Positions 13,587 to 25,492 of a stretch of 64,000 nt of DNA are shown in pieces. The DNA is from Moniliella sp. 'wahieum' (taxonomy: Eukaryota). Position numbers and translations under genes: made by a program. Numbering within the stretch: position 1 is the first letter of the stretch; every line of letters begins with the position of its first letter. The notes below the pieces were generated by a model, which worked only from the letters and a program-made list of their open reading frames with translations, did no database searches and was not told where the DNA came from. The stretch is taken from positions 124,001 through 188,000 of the forward strand of contig RSEE01000109.1 of assembly GCA_003971905.1 (NCBI GenBank). The letters are read 5' to 3'.

Positions 13587-13992
13587 GGGCAGATGCCGGT
13601 GAACGTGTATGCGAGAGCGTTTGCAGAGGGCAGGGAACTTGTGCATTTCGGCACTTTTCGTGCTTGACTCCTCCCCGTTTTCCTTCCCGACTGCGTGTGG
13701 GAACTTTTCCACCATATCGAGTAACTCCATTTCTCTGGGTGCACACGTTTAACTGTGGCCCAGGCCAATGCCCCATTGTCACCCCTCCTCACCCATTGCC
13801 AGATGTACATTGTGAATCTAGAAAGCCAATATCTCTCCCAGTTTCTATAGGGTGGTGCCACAGTATGCTACATCACATGTGTGTGAGGGGGCCAATACAG
13901 TGACCGCATCGTATTGCGTCGAACAGAATCAACCCGGGAGGTCTAGCAGTCGAAACGCCCTTGGGTCATTTTGCAGGAGAAGCGCAGGTTCT

Positions 13993-15034
13993 CTACGCCA
14001 GGTACTTGCCAAAGTACGCAGCCAACTTTGGCCCCGTCACCGACAGGTCGTCGTACAGATCAAAGTGGTTCTTGCCCTTGACAATAAACAACTCCTTGGG
14101 CTCCTGGGCTTTGCCAACGGCCTCTTCCGAGTGGTGTAGCGTTTCCGCCTCCGATCCAGCAATCATAAGCAGCGGACGCGGCGAGATGAGATGCTGGAAG
14201 GCGAAACTGTCGTAGTTAACCATGAGGTCGTACGAAACGGGGGGTACCTTTTGGTCGGAGCGAGGGTGGTTTCCTCGTGCTGTGCCATAGTAGTCCGCTG
14301 CACCCTTGCTGAACGAGTCCGCATCAGCGGGCAGCTTGGCCGGGTCGGTGACGAGCATGGCTGGGGCGTCGGGAAGAGATTTCCCCTCAGCCAGAGCAAG
14401 GCCGGTGGCGTTGCGGAATTGGGCGGCGCCCTGCCGGGCGCCATCGATCGCAGCAGGAAGCTCCTTGTCATTCTGCGGCAACACACGCCCCCGTTGCGAA
14501 CCATACGGCCCACATCTGCCGCACTCACCGTGGCCAACGCCTTGATCCGCACGTCTGACTGCGCGGCAAACGAGGTGTATCCACCTGAGGCACAAATGCC
14601 TACCACACCAATCTTTTCAGCGTCGACAGGCGCTTTGCCTGTGGCCTTGAGTGTGGCCAGGAAGGTCACTGCGGCCTTGACATCTTCAGCACGTTGCGTC
14701 GGATTCTCCAAGCCACGAGGCTCTCCGGTGCTCTCACCTTGATAGGCGGCATCAAAAGTCAAGGCGTAAAACCCAGCCTCGGCAAGGGCCTTGGCGTACG
14801 TGGTAGCCGTTTGCTCCTGCAGACGAACAAAACGACAGAGGTCAGAGACAACCTACCAAATGATTCGATTTTAAGAAGGTATCGGGACGAGGGAGACGTA
14901 CCTTGACCCGGTCATAGGGTGAGAAACGACCACAGCAGCACCAGAGCGGTCCGGTGCGCCAGAAGTTGGGGCATGGAGCTCCCTGCCACCGTTTGGGCGA
15001 ACGAAGGGAAGCGGACCGATTGAGGAGCAGACAT
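13993..15034 (-). CDS. Alpha/beta-fold hydrolase, YcjY-like (Cys nucleophile GICASGG); frameshifted
   Basis: [11 protein letters not shown]...[10 protein letters not shown], intron 14817-14901, then [50 protein letters not shown]. Also [24 protein letters not shown] and [10 protein letters not shown]. Confidence 0.85.
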
Positions 15035-15510
15035 GACTGTGGTGGAATGTGTGTTGTGGACAAGTGGGTGGGAGGTCGAAGACGAGTCAAACAATGGTCT
15101 GGAGCTGGAGTGTGTGCCCCTCGCCTTGCAAGGCAATTGGGGCCATCTTATACGCTGGCTGGCTAGGCCGCGTGCGATCGCACTCGGCTGCTAATAGAGC
15201 GGGCGCTGTGTGCGGGGGGCACCAGAGACCCTGGTAGTAGATTGGCCTGCTGCGATGTGATGTCCCGCATGTACGAACCCATCATGCATCATCAAACACC
15301 AACCCACCCCACCCGCATCCGCGGCATTGCCGTCGTCACCAACTTTAGAGGCACACCCGCCATGACCGGCCCATGACCACCACCATGAACAAGGAGTTAG
15401 AAGTGCTGGCAGAACAGCAAAACCACATACCCGACCACATGAGGGGAACCGATCAAAGGCGGTGTGAGCTGCGCGCCGCCACCGCTTCCAGAGAATTCAT
15501 CCATCATCCG

Positions 15511-15551
15511 TAATCGATAATCGATAATCCGTAATCGATAATCGATAATCC
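15511..15551. repeat. Heptamer tandem array TAATCGA/TAATCCG x6
   Basis: taatcga taatcga taatccg taatcga taatcga taatcc. Confidence 0.95.
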
Positions 15552-15749
15552 TTCGGCACCAACACTACTACCATCGCTTGCTTCCAATCCGCCCTTGTTG
15601 ATTGCCTCTAACCTCCCCACACATGCACACACCCCACGCCAACACCACTTCCCTTATTGTCGATTCGAGCTCCCACTTCGTTCTGCGTCACTCGCGCCGT
15701 CTTGGCCATTCCCCGTCACATGTTACGCGTTACGTCAACATGTAACACG

Positions 15750-15835
15750 TCACGCGTCATCCGTCATCCGTCATCGATCATCCGTCATCGAGTCACTAGT
15801 CATCCGTCATCGACGTCACGCGTCATCCGTCATCA
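15750..15835. repeat. Mixed heptamer array (TCATCCG/TCATCGA/TCACTAG/TCACGCG)
   Basis: tcacgcg tcatccg tcatccg tcatcga tcatccg tcatcga g tcactag tcatccg tcatcga cg tcacgcg tcatccg tcatc. Confidence 0.93.
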
Positions 15836-15885
15836 AGTCCAACAGGGGAGGAAACGGCGACGGTGGGAAGCTTGCTGCGCATAAC

Positions 15886-15999
15886 GCTGACAGCTGACAT
15901 CCCATCAGCTCTGGAGAACGGCGGCGATGGCCAGGTGATGAGGATGCAGGCGGCGTAGAGAGTGGGGCAGACGGGGTGTGAACGTGTAGGGCGAGAGCG
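15886..15999 (+). repeat. Diverged direct-repeat copy of the carboxypeptidase 3' end and start of its 3' UTR (partner 13511-13619)
   Basis: Core 15907-15958 matches 13536-13586 at 45/52 columns by manual alignment, including the TAG. Both are followed by GGGCAGA...GTGAACGTGTA..GCGAGAGCG. Confidence 0.88.
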
Positions 16000-16588
16000 G
16001 TGGCTGTTGTGGGGGGAGGGGCGTGGTTCCGCTTGCAAGGAACCTGCCTTTGGTATGCTAACTCCCATATGCTGGCGTACAGCAAAACGATGGCTTTGGA
16101 TGAGGAAGGATGAAGCTGAAGCGGCGGCGGCATGAAGATGAGGCCATTGGTACTGAGTACTGCCCAGCGCCTAGGTGGCCACCAACACCGACCACGTTGA
16201 TCGCGAATCCCATCATTAATCAACACACAGCCAGGATGCAGGAATTTATAGTGACTACTAATACTACACACACTACTGACTCCACTTGGGGGCGAAAGAT
16301 CTGGATCTGACACGCGACAAGGAGGATTCGGATGCATGGGGATGCATTTTGCCTGGGTGCGCGAGTACCGGTACGAACGCTACAGCTGGCCTTGGGCGCA
16401 GGGAAAGATGCGGCCCAAAAGTGGGAGAGTGTACAAGGCAAAACAGAAGATGGAACCATAGACAAAAAGGGGGGTAACGAACGGGGAAAACAAGTCATGT
16501 GTAGTAGTCAGCTGGTCGAAAGATGACCGACGAACGACAGATGAGACTGAGCCAGTAACAGAACAGAGTGGGGAAGACCTATAGGCGC

Positions 16589-19500
16589 CTAGTGCGACGC
16601 AGACGACGACGCTGTCCTGCTTGTTCGGCGGGGCAGGGAGGGGGTGGAGCGGGGTAGAGAAGCGGGGTGCATGGGCATGGCAGAGAGGAGCAACGGGTGG
16701 GCCTCAACGGCTGCTGGTCCCACCTTCTCATAGTCGTGCAAGAGCGCGTGCACCTGGGCGAGGATGGGGGCTGGGAAGGCACGATGGTGCATGCACTGCA
16801 GGAGCCACTGGGCAGGTTCGACGTGGGCGGCAGAAAGCTCAGTTTGGATCATGGCAATGTACGTCGAAGGTTCACGGAAGGTGTGGTGCCAAGGGTTGTG
16901 GGGCGAGGGGCGCGTCGAGGAGGTGCCGGGGCAGGTGGAGACCACGTCCGAGGTCGTGGCGGCCAATGCGTCCAACTCCCTTTGGCCCGGCATCAGCTGC
17001 GCATAGTACGAAGGCAACTTGAGCGCGTCCTTCTTGTTCCCATGTCCGTCGGACCGGCTGGCATGGTTCCCGATCGCTGCGACGCCCATAGGCGGATCGC
17101 GCATCGACGCAAACACCCGCCGGGCCTCAGTTAGCCCCGCTTCGCCATTGGCACCGTACGCGCGGATGGCCACATTGGCATGGTAGGCTGTGAAGCGCAC
17201 GCCGTCCGTGGCAACGGTGAATCAGGTCCACCAGCATGTCCGTCCGGTTGTGATGAACATACACTTCCATCATCGCTTGGTGGCACACTGCGTCCGGAGC
17301 GGCGGTGCACCGCGGCGCCCTGTGAGCGGGGTGATGGAATGATAAATCTCTTGCGCTTTGGTTAGGTTTTCCTTTGATACCGTAGGAGGTGATGAGAGTG
17401 GCGAGGTGGGTGCCCTCGACCGCCTTGGCCTCGCAAATCTCCTGGAAGGTCGCCATCAGCTTCGCCTCCTGTACCGGCTCAATCAGTCCGTAGTGTCGAG
17501 AAGAAGTTTCCATGTGTATCCCGAGAAGGTAAGTCTGTGCGCGTGCATCTTGCCAATGTACTCCAGCACCGAGGCTCGGTCGCCCTGGCGAACAAAGTAC
17601 CCCAGCAGCGTGTTGTACGGCGCAGGTGAAGGACGGAAATCTTTCGCCTGCTCCATCCGCTGGAAGAAGATCAGGGCCTGCTGAATCTCGCCTCGGCGGA
17701 CAAAGGCATTGATCAGCGCGCCGTAGGTGATGGAGGAAGGTGGATGTTGTGCGTTTGCATCATCTTGTAGTACCCAAGCGCCGTCTCGGCCCGACGAGCA
17801 CGGCTAAACGTGGAAATGATCGTATTGAAGAGATAGAGGTTAGGCTGGACCCCCAACCGGAGCGCTTCGTCAAACAACTCTTTGGATACCACCACCTCGT
17901 CCGTCGTCACCTTGCTCGCCGCAATTAACGATCCATACGCATCGGCCGAAGGCACCTGTCCGGCCTGGACCAGCAGATGACGGTGCGAGTTGGCCAGGCG
18001 ACACTGGCCCACATGCGCCGCAGCGCAGATCATTGCATTCTCCAACGCCACCCACGCCGTCTTCTCCCACTGGTACCAGCCAAACTTCGGACCACATGCG
18101 AACCAAGGAGGTAGAGCGACGCACATGCTCCATATCTCTCCGCAGCCCGGCCACATTGATCAATGCTGCCAACGAGAGCGGCGGGGGTAGATGCCTCGCC
18201 GCGCATGCTCCAGCAGCAGCGACCACTCCGCTCTAGCCGCGCGTCCCTTGTTGTCACTTTGAACGCACCCGCGGTGAGTGTTTCGTGTGCCTCGGCCCCC
18301 AGGTCCTCACTCAGCGTCGTAACAGCGGAAAAGCCCAGACTTGAGTCGCTCGAAACGCGCTCTGAAGGCTGCACAGGGCCCAATGCCTTGAGTGCCCGTG
18401 CAGAGAGCTGTGGCGCTTCTGTCTCCACTGACGGGCCAGGGAGAGTGATCGCCTCATCCGCAGTGGGTTCCCTTGGCCTGCTGGACACGAAGCGCAAATA
18501 GGACGGGTTGATCTTTTCAAGCAGGGGAATCACCTCGGTCTCAGGATAGCGTGCCAAAAGTATCTTGCAAGCCTCGTCGATATCTGGGCAAATAAGCTGA
18601 GCGCGAAGTGACTGCGGTCGGGCCCGTCGTTGCCACTTGTCTGGCGTGTCCGTTCGCGCATCTGGGGCACCATGCGCGCATAGTCCTCTGCAAGCATCCT
18701 AGGCCCGAGGAGATCAAGCGGGTCAGATCGGCGTCAAGATGGTGCTCCTCGTAGGCAAAGGCACGGATGAGCGTTGTCCACTCCTCCGCCGACAGAAGGG
18801 GGAGAATGGGATCGCGATCTTCAGGCTTGATTTGACGGTAGAGCGAGGCGAGTCTGGTGGCCCAGGACTGGGCTCGTGAAATTCTGTCTTCTTGTCCGCC
18901 ATACCATCCAGAAGCGACGGGTACGCCGCCAGAATCGGGGTGAAGGTAGTCAAGACCGTGGTAAGCAGCGCCGCGGCGGCACGACTGGCTTCGTTGGCTG
19001 GGATGTGCCGAGCCGGACGGAGGAGATGGAGGATGCGCTTGGCTACGGCCGCCAGGTAGTGCCGATGCCTGGCGGACACAGTGTGATCTTTGTTGGGGGA
19101 GCCAAAGAGGTCGGCCTCGGATGAAATTTGAGTGGACCGCAGGACATGGGTCAAGAGAGAGACTGCGTCCGCAGCTCGGCCATACATCATGCACTTGTCC
19201 GCCAAGAAGAGGAGGCTTGTGCCAAGCTGGCTGCTCTGGTCCAGCGGGGAAGAGGAGCCGATAGGCACCCCGACGGCAAACGCCGATCCCACCAAGGCCA
19301 AAAGAGCCTCTGTCTGCCTTCATCCATCTTGGCCACCACGGTGGGTGAGATGAGCTTCGCGAGCAGATCCAAGGGAATCTGCTGATCGTGTCCGTGCATG
19401 TCTTCCCAATGGCTTTCAGCAGACGGGTGTAGGACCCTGTCCTCTTGCCATCCTCCCACAAACTCGGCTCCGTCTCACCCACGGCAGCGGCTGCGTACTG

Positions 19501-21311
19501 ATGAGCCAAGCAAGCCATACCTTCAAACGACGGCAACGCCACACTCTCCTCGAAACCAAACAGCATGCTGCACCACTCTGTCGCTGTCGCAGTACCCTGG
19601 GTAGCAGTCAGACCAACGAGCATGATGCTCACCGTGTCCCGCGTGGGTGGAGGAGTGTGGAGGGCGACCGTGGGATAGGGGTTGGCAATGTGCTGGTCCA
19701 GCATGCGCTTGAAGAGCGCAATCGCGCCTGTGCGTCACCCAGGAGGAAGTGAGCATGAATCAGGTTGTTCCACGCGAGAAGCAGAGGGTGGCCATCCATC
19801 GAGGTACGGAAGAAGCCATCAGATGTGTCGACAAACGGCTGGTCCGACCGCTCTGCCACCTTCGAAGAATCCATCAAGGACCAATTCGGTAATGCTGCAT
19901 CAACATTGCCTGCACCACCTTTAGTGCTTTCAATTTCCACGCCTCGTCCGCGTTGAGGGGGGTCCTGATATGTTGCGATAACGGTTGGTGGGGATCAATG
20001 TTGAGCTCCGAGGGATGGAGTAACTTATCACCCACCAGGGAGCGAAGGACAAGCACCAAAGTCCTGGGATCAAGGTAGGTTTCAGGCAGCGACTCGTTTT
20101 CCTGCATCAAGGCAAGCAGCTCCAGTCCCAGACGAGCGTCACCACGGCGGGCTGCGGTCTCCAGGAGACATGTATAGCCCTGGGGCTGATAGGCTGGAGG
20201 GCTGGGTCGGCATTGATGATATGGAGCAGTGCGAGTCCAAAGTCACTATTACTCGTGGGGTTGGAAAGAACCTCGGCAATGTGAGGTTCCAATTCCGAGG
20301 CGACCCCAGGTTTGGAAACAAGCCGCGCAAGGACGTGAGCGTGGTCCTGGTCGAAGCCTCCTTGGGTGGCATCTTTATCTGTGCCCACCAGAACGGTTGG
20401 CAGGCCTGCTCCCAAGTGTCAGGGAAATGCGCTGAACCAACGCAAGGGCCTCCTCCCACATCGAGCTGACGGAGCGTAGCGTTGGCCCGTTGGTCCCGTG
20501 CGTGGGTGTAGGGCGTCTGACCAGGTCTAAGCGGCGTATCTGCCGAATCCACCGTAGCATGATGCATCGGGTGCCCACGCTAGACGACCGAGTACGGCTG
20601 GCACGACGACGGATCGATGCCGGTGGCTCGCGGGCCGCCGCATAGAGCAATTGCTCCACTGCGAACGGACGGCGAGTGAGACGATTGGACTTGGCGGCGG
20701 AAGCGCGAGCCCGACGGGTAACCACCTTCCGGTCTTGAGGCGATGATTCAATGAGCCGTGGCCCAGCACTGTGCAGGTTGGAGAAGAGACGGTTGAGGCG
20801 TTCCTGGACCTGTGCATTGGAAGGGTGGAGCAGAATGCGCGTCCCAGGTGCATGTTGCAGGCTGCCGCGGGGGTGGCCGGGGACGCGCGGCTGGGCGGAA
20901 ACAAGACGCGAAGGGAGACAGTGGTGGTCCTGCTCCGAGTCGTCCGTCTCGAAGAACGCGTTCGAGGGCAGGTTCTGCACAGTCGGGCTTTGGTAGAGGA
21001 GATGCTGGTGACAAGGATGAAGGTGAGCAAAAAGGGAAAGGGGGGAGGGAAGGCGGGGGGAATAGACTTACTTGGAACTCGCGTGCCACGCACCGCTCGT
21101 GCTGCCGCCAGATCCTGCGCCGGCGGACGCGCCACTCGAAGTGCCAAGGGGCGGGGGGGCACCAGCAGCTGCGGTCGATGCGCCTACTACAACGCCACCG
21201 ACAGTGGCGACGGTGGCGGTGGTGACGCCGTTGGCCGCATTGGAGCGGCATTGACGCCTGCGGCGGCGACGAACGGGCAAGGTGGATGGCAAACTTGGAG
21301 GGAAGAGGCAT
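16589..21311 (-). CDS. Large mitochondrial pentatricopeptide-repeat protein, Ppr5-like; frameshifted
   Basis: ATG at 21311 (MPLPSKFAIHLAR, presequence-like). Intron 20975-21071 (GTAAGT...CAG). PPR motifs VPSADAYGSLIAA, GVQPNLYLFNTIISTFSRARR, PSSITYGALINAFVRRGE and RPSPAPYNTLLGYF. C-terminal REPSTYIAMI. Confidence 0.85.
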
Positions 21312-21483
21312 GGCTCGAGGCTAGGGGGGACGCGTGTGAGAGCGGAGGAGAGCGCCACCCGGTGTGCGGAGCAGGGGCAATGCCAATGACGATCCCGATG
21401 ATACTGGCGACGTAAAACGACGCCCAGTGGAGGTGCGTGATGGAGGGGGACGAGGGGGGAGAAGGTGTGCAGGGGCGGGGGAA

Positions 21484-21576
21484 GTGGAGTGGAGTGGGAT
21501 GGGGTAGGATGGAGTGGGATGGAGTGGGATGGGGTCGGATGGATGGATGGCTGGATGGATGGATGGATGATGGATG
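21484..21576. repeat. Simple repeat (GGAGT/GGGAT/GGAT)n upstream of the PPR gene
   Basis: gtggagtggagtgggatggggtaggatggagtgggat...ggatggatgg. Confidence 0.85.
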
Positions 21577-23133
21577 CGTGTTCGTTAAACAACACCTCAT
21601 TAAAATGTGGCTGTCAGCAAGGCGCTGAGCACGGGAGCGAACGGCGACCGCAGCACCAGCATGCAGGAGCGGGGCCAGCCGGGTGGCCGACGCGCCACTG
21701 GCCAGGTGCGGGGGCGGCACCCCATCCCAGACCCAGGCGCAGGGGCAGTGTGTGTGCGGTGTGACTGGGTGTCCGAGCCTCCGGACATGCCCGGCCGGGC
21801 ATCCATCGGAGTTGGCCGGAGGAAAGCGCACGCAACGGGCGCACACGCCAGTGTGCCTGCCAGCTCGCCTGCGCCGTCCCGCCTCTGGTTTCCGCGGCGA
21901 TCCATCCATATCCCCTGCCATTCATATTCAATGTTCATCGGGAGCTTTGCCTCCACTAATACTCACCACGCACAGACCACCCCATGGCTGGGGCACGGAC
22001 CAGCTGGGGCGACGGCGACTGCGACGCGTAAGCGCCCCGCCCCCCGGCATCGTCGCTTCCATCGGCATCAACCGGGACCCGATCAGCGCTGTCCACTTCG
22101 TGTGCGCGTCACAGAACCACTCAGGCTCCGTCTCGCTCAACCTCTCGGCCGCCGGGTCAAGCGGACCAAAAAGTGGGGGTGCATCCCGTCTCTTCCGCTG
22201 CTTATTCCGGGACAAGACGCGCAAAGCAAAGCGGTAGCAAACAGCTGCGTCGACGGGCAGAGGGCTGGCACGCGAACTGAGTACTACTGATCGAGACAGT
22301 TGATAGGAAGAAAACGGCGTTGCAATCATCTCAATGATCGACTCTCGGCGACAATACCATCCGACCGCATTGGGTGCGTGTGTGGGCGCGTCTGGCATTC
22401 TCACCTCTCGGATCACCTCGGACTCTTTGCTAAAACCCTCGGGCTTTGGGCACTCAGTTATACTCATGTCCGGGGGAGCTACTCGCTGCAGCCCATCCAT
22501 CCCAACTGAGTCTCCAACTGAGGGCGTGCCGATATTAAAGTAGTCCTGCCAACTACAGATGCACGTACTTAGTATCGAGCTTCGAGTGTGCTGTTGAATA
22601 CCACAAGACCCAGGCAGACTTCCCTGCCTCACGGCCATCACTGTCGTCCGTTGTTATCAGTCAGAAAAACGTGTTGCCATTGAAGCTGCAAATACGGAGC
22701 ACAAAGGGCGTTGTCTGGTTGGGGCATAAGATCGAGAGCCAGTGAAATACGCGGCTGCGATGTGAGCCAGTTAAAACACGCGCCGGATGCGCGATGCCTG
22801 CCGTGTTGGCAGCACAGCTCACAGATACATATTTGACAGGGCATCCATCTAAGAGGAGCCCTTACAAAAGCGCCCATAAGCAGCCCCCCTCAGAACAGCT
22901 CTCTAGCGCCGGCCCTCTCTCTCGTCTTGGCTCGCACAGCACAACTGAAGGGTCTACCTCCAATTGTCAACCCCCCGATTCAGCTCCCCTATTAGCCAGT
23001 CCGAAGCCGAGAAGTCGATATGTCCCCCTCCAGGCATCACAATCACGAGGCAAAATGTGTAATGGACAGGCAAACCAACGAGAGGGGCAAGGCATTCCCC
23101 CCTTCTCCACTCCCCCGCTTCTTTCTTACCAAT

Positions 23134-24295
23134 TCAAGCCGTCGAGGCCTCTTGCCTTCCAAACAGCCCCGTCCGATGCGCATCCTCAGGCAAAACAATC
23201 TCGCCCGTCTCGATGCCCTTGAGGGCGTACCGATGGCTCTTGGCGACCATGCTCCAGATATGGTCGCCCAGCACTACCGGCTTCTTCTTCTCGTCGGTCT
23301 CTTGTCCCGCCGGCACGAGCTGGGGAATGGGTTTGACGAGCTGGTTCGAGTCCACGGCAAAAAACATGGGGAAACTGAACCGTTCTTGCTGCACAGGCCG
23401 GACACGGTGGGTAGTAGCGACCATCTTGCCCGCACTCAGGATCTCGAGCGAGTCCGAAATGTTGACCACATACGCCCCCTTGATCGGCGGCACGTCCACC
23501 CACTTCCCCTCCCCATTGAGTACTTCCAGTCCAGGCGCGGTGGGGAGGAGCATGGTAAAGTACTCATAGTCTCTGCACAAACACGGTCAGCACAGTTTCC
23601 TTGCCAGCCAACCAAAAGGCACTGGGTGGGTGGTGGGGGAGACGTACGTGTGAGCGCCAATACCAGGGCGTCCCTGGTCGCCGGATCTTCCGGCGTGAAG
23701 GGGTAGTGGATCATGCGCATACTCGTAGGCGGGTAAGAAACCATCTTGTCCAGCGCCGTTTCATCCAACCCCAAAGCCAGCGCGAATCCGCGCCAGAGGC
23801 GCATGCCAAAGGCAAAGCACTCGTCATAGTACGCTGGCACTTGGCCCGCCACGCCTCGCCGAGCTGTTTGGGCCACTGGTTGAACCCGAGCATCGGTGTA
23901 CCCGCCTGGATGAGAGGATGGGTTTCCCAACCTGGGAACTCCATTCCAAAATCAAACGCTGACTTGTGGTCAGCCGGTTTGGTGCTCGTCACATCCCCAA
24001 ACACTTCCTCCCCCTCGGGCACGTAGCCCTTGTGCGCGATCCGGGAGCCCGGGTTGGCACCAATGTACACCTCCATTCGCTCCGACTCGGGAAGCGCAAA
24101 GAATTCCTTGGCAGCCTCTTGGATCCCTTGAATCGCTTCCTCCGACACACCGTGTCCCGTCGCATAGAGAAAACCAACGTTGCTCGCCACGTCGGCCAGC
24201 TGGGCAGCCACCGCCTCGCGGTCGGCTAGGTTGGGCGACTGCAGGCCCGACACATCGACAATGGGCACCTTGTCGAACGATCCTTGCTTGGACAT
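23134..24295 (-). CDS. 2-oxoglutarate/Fe(II) dioxygenase, isopenicillin-N-synthase-like family; frameshifted
   Basis: MSKQGSFDKVPIVDVSGL...ASNVGFLYATGHGV (DIOX_N). The HxD motif (IGAHT-DYEYFTML) is split by intron 23573-23647 (GTACGT...GCTGAC...CAG). Also ATTHRV (distal His) and RFS (2OG-binding RxS). Confidence 0.92.
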
Positions 24296-24489
24296 CGATG
24301 GGATCAGTACAGAGGGCGCTAGATAGCGAGGGGGTGGAAGGGAGAAAGCCAAGGGGGCGGTGGAAAGACGGACAAGAAGAGGAGATTGAGGATGGATGAT
24401 CGAGATGATCGGTGAAAGGCAGATCACACACATCCTTTTGGCACGGCTGCCCTGAATAAAACGATTCTCGTCCTTCCCCGCAGCTGCGC

Positions 24490-25200
24490 CTCAAGTCCCT
24501 CAGACCTCAGGCCCTTCAGGCCTCGGGGGCCGTGGACTTCAGGCTGGCTTCAAGCTCTTCAAGCATCGGGTCTCAAGGCGTCAGGCGTCAGGGCGTCAGG
24601 CGTCAGGCCTCAGGCCAGGGCGCTCAGTTCAGGCGCTTGGCGCCCGATAGACGATAGCGCGGCAGCGGCGGCAAGACTGAAACAATAGTTCCAGCTTTTC
24701 GAGCTTCAAGCACTTCCAGTTGCACACTTTCGGGTTTACTAGTTACTAGTTTTGGCTAGTTGACTTGGATGGACGCATGCTCTTTTTCTTACACTGAGCA
24801 CTGAGCCTGAGGCCTGAGGTCACATCTCCACCTCAGGTGCCCCACTAGCCACTAGCCACTAGTCACTAGTCACTCAGTCTGGAGTAGTTTCAAGCGCCAC
24901 TGTGCCTTGGCTCCGTGACGGATCACACACACATTCCCACAGGATGTGGGTATGATCCTTGTTCTAGATCTTCCTTGTCCCCTTTGTGTCTCTTTCCCCT
25001 CATCACGCGTGGTCTACCGTGTGATAGCTTCTCCTTCTCCTCTGGTATATAAGGCGCCATTCCATGCAGCCTGAATGAATACCTGTCGGCATCCGAAGCA
25101 ATCCCCTCTTACACTCCGCCAAGCCCCAGAAGCCAAATTATTCCGACGGGCATAAAAGGAGCCTGAGGGCCTGAGTCTGAGGGCCTGAGCCTGAGCGTCA
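24490..25200. repeat. Cluster of short heptamer-type arrays (TCAGGCG/TCAGGCC, TTACTAG, CCACTAG/TCACTAG, CCTGAG)
   Basis: 24573-24616 tcaaggcg tcaggcg tcagggcg tcaggcg tcaggcc tcaggcc; 24842-24878 ccactag x3, tcactag, tcactcag; 25161-25197 gcctgag repeats. Confidence 0.85.
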
Positions 25201-25413
25201 AGGATTATCGATTACAAAGCCTAGCAGGCCGCAGCCTGGCCTAGCCCATGCATTGTATGTGATCGGAATCGCTCCCGAAAAGAGATAATCGATAAGAGCA
25301 GAGTGGGATTTCATTTTGGGAAAAAGAGACAAGCACGCGTAAGACCGGGGACGAGGCCGAGGCCTGAGCAGGTGAGGCCAGGTGGTGTTGGCATGTGAGC
25401 GGGGAGCTATGAA

Positions 25414-25441
25414 TGGTGCATGGTGCATGGTGCATGGTGCA
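25414..25441. repeat. Heptamer tandem array (TGGTGCA)x4, equivalent to (CCATGCA)n on the minus strand
   Basis: tggtgca tggtgca tggtgca tggtgca. Confidence 0.95.
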
Positions 25442-25492
25442 TGGGGCACGGGGAGTGGTATGAGGGGGAGGAAACGAAAGTCTGGACCAGCA

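Noticed and set aside
15511..15835. Repeat arrays as CRISPR arrays or telomeric repeats
   Set aside because: Eukaryotic context, no unique spacers and no cas genes. The units are 7 bp, variable and interstitial, not TTAGGG-like.
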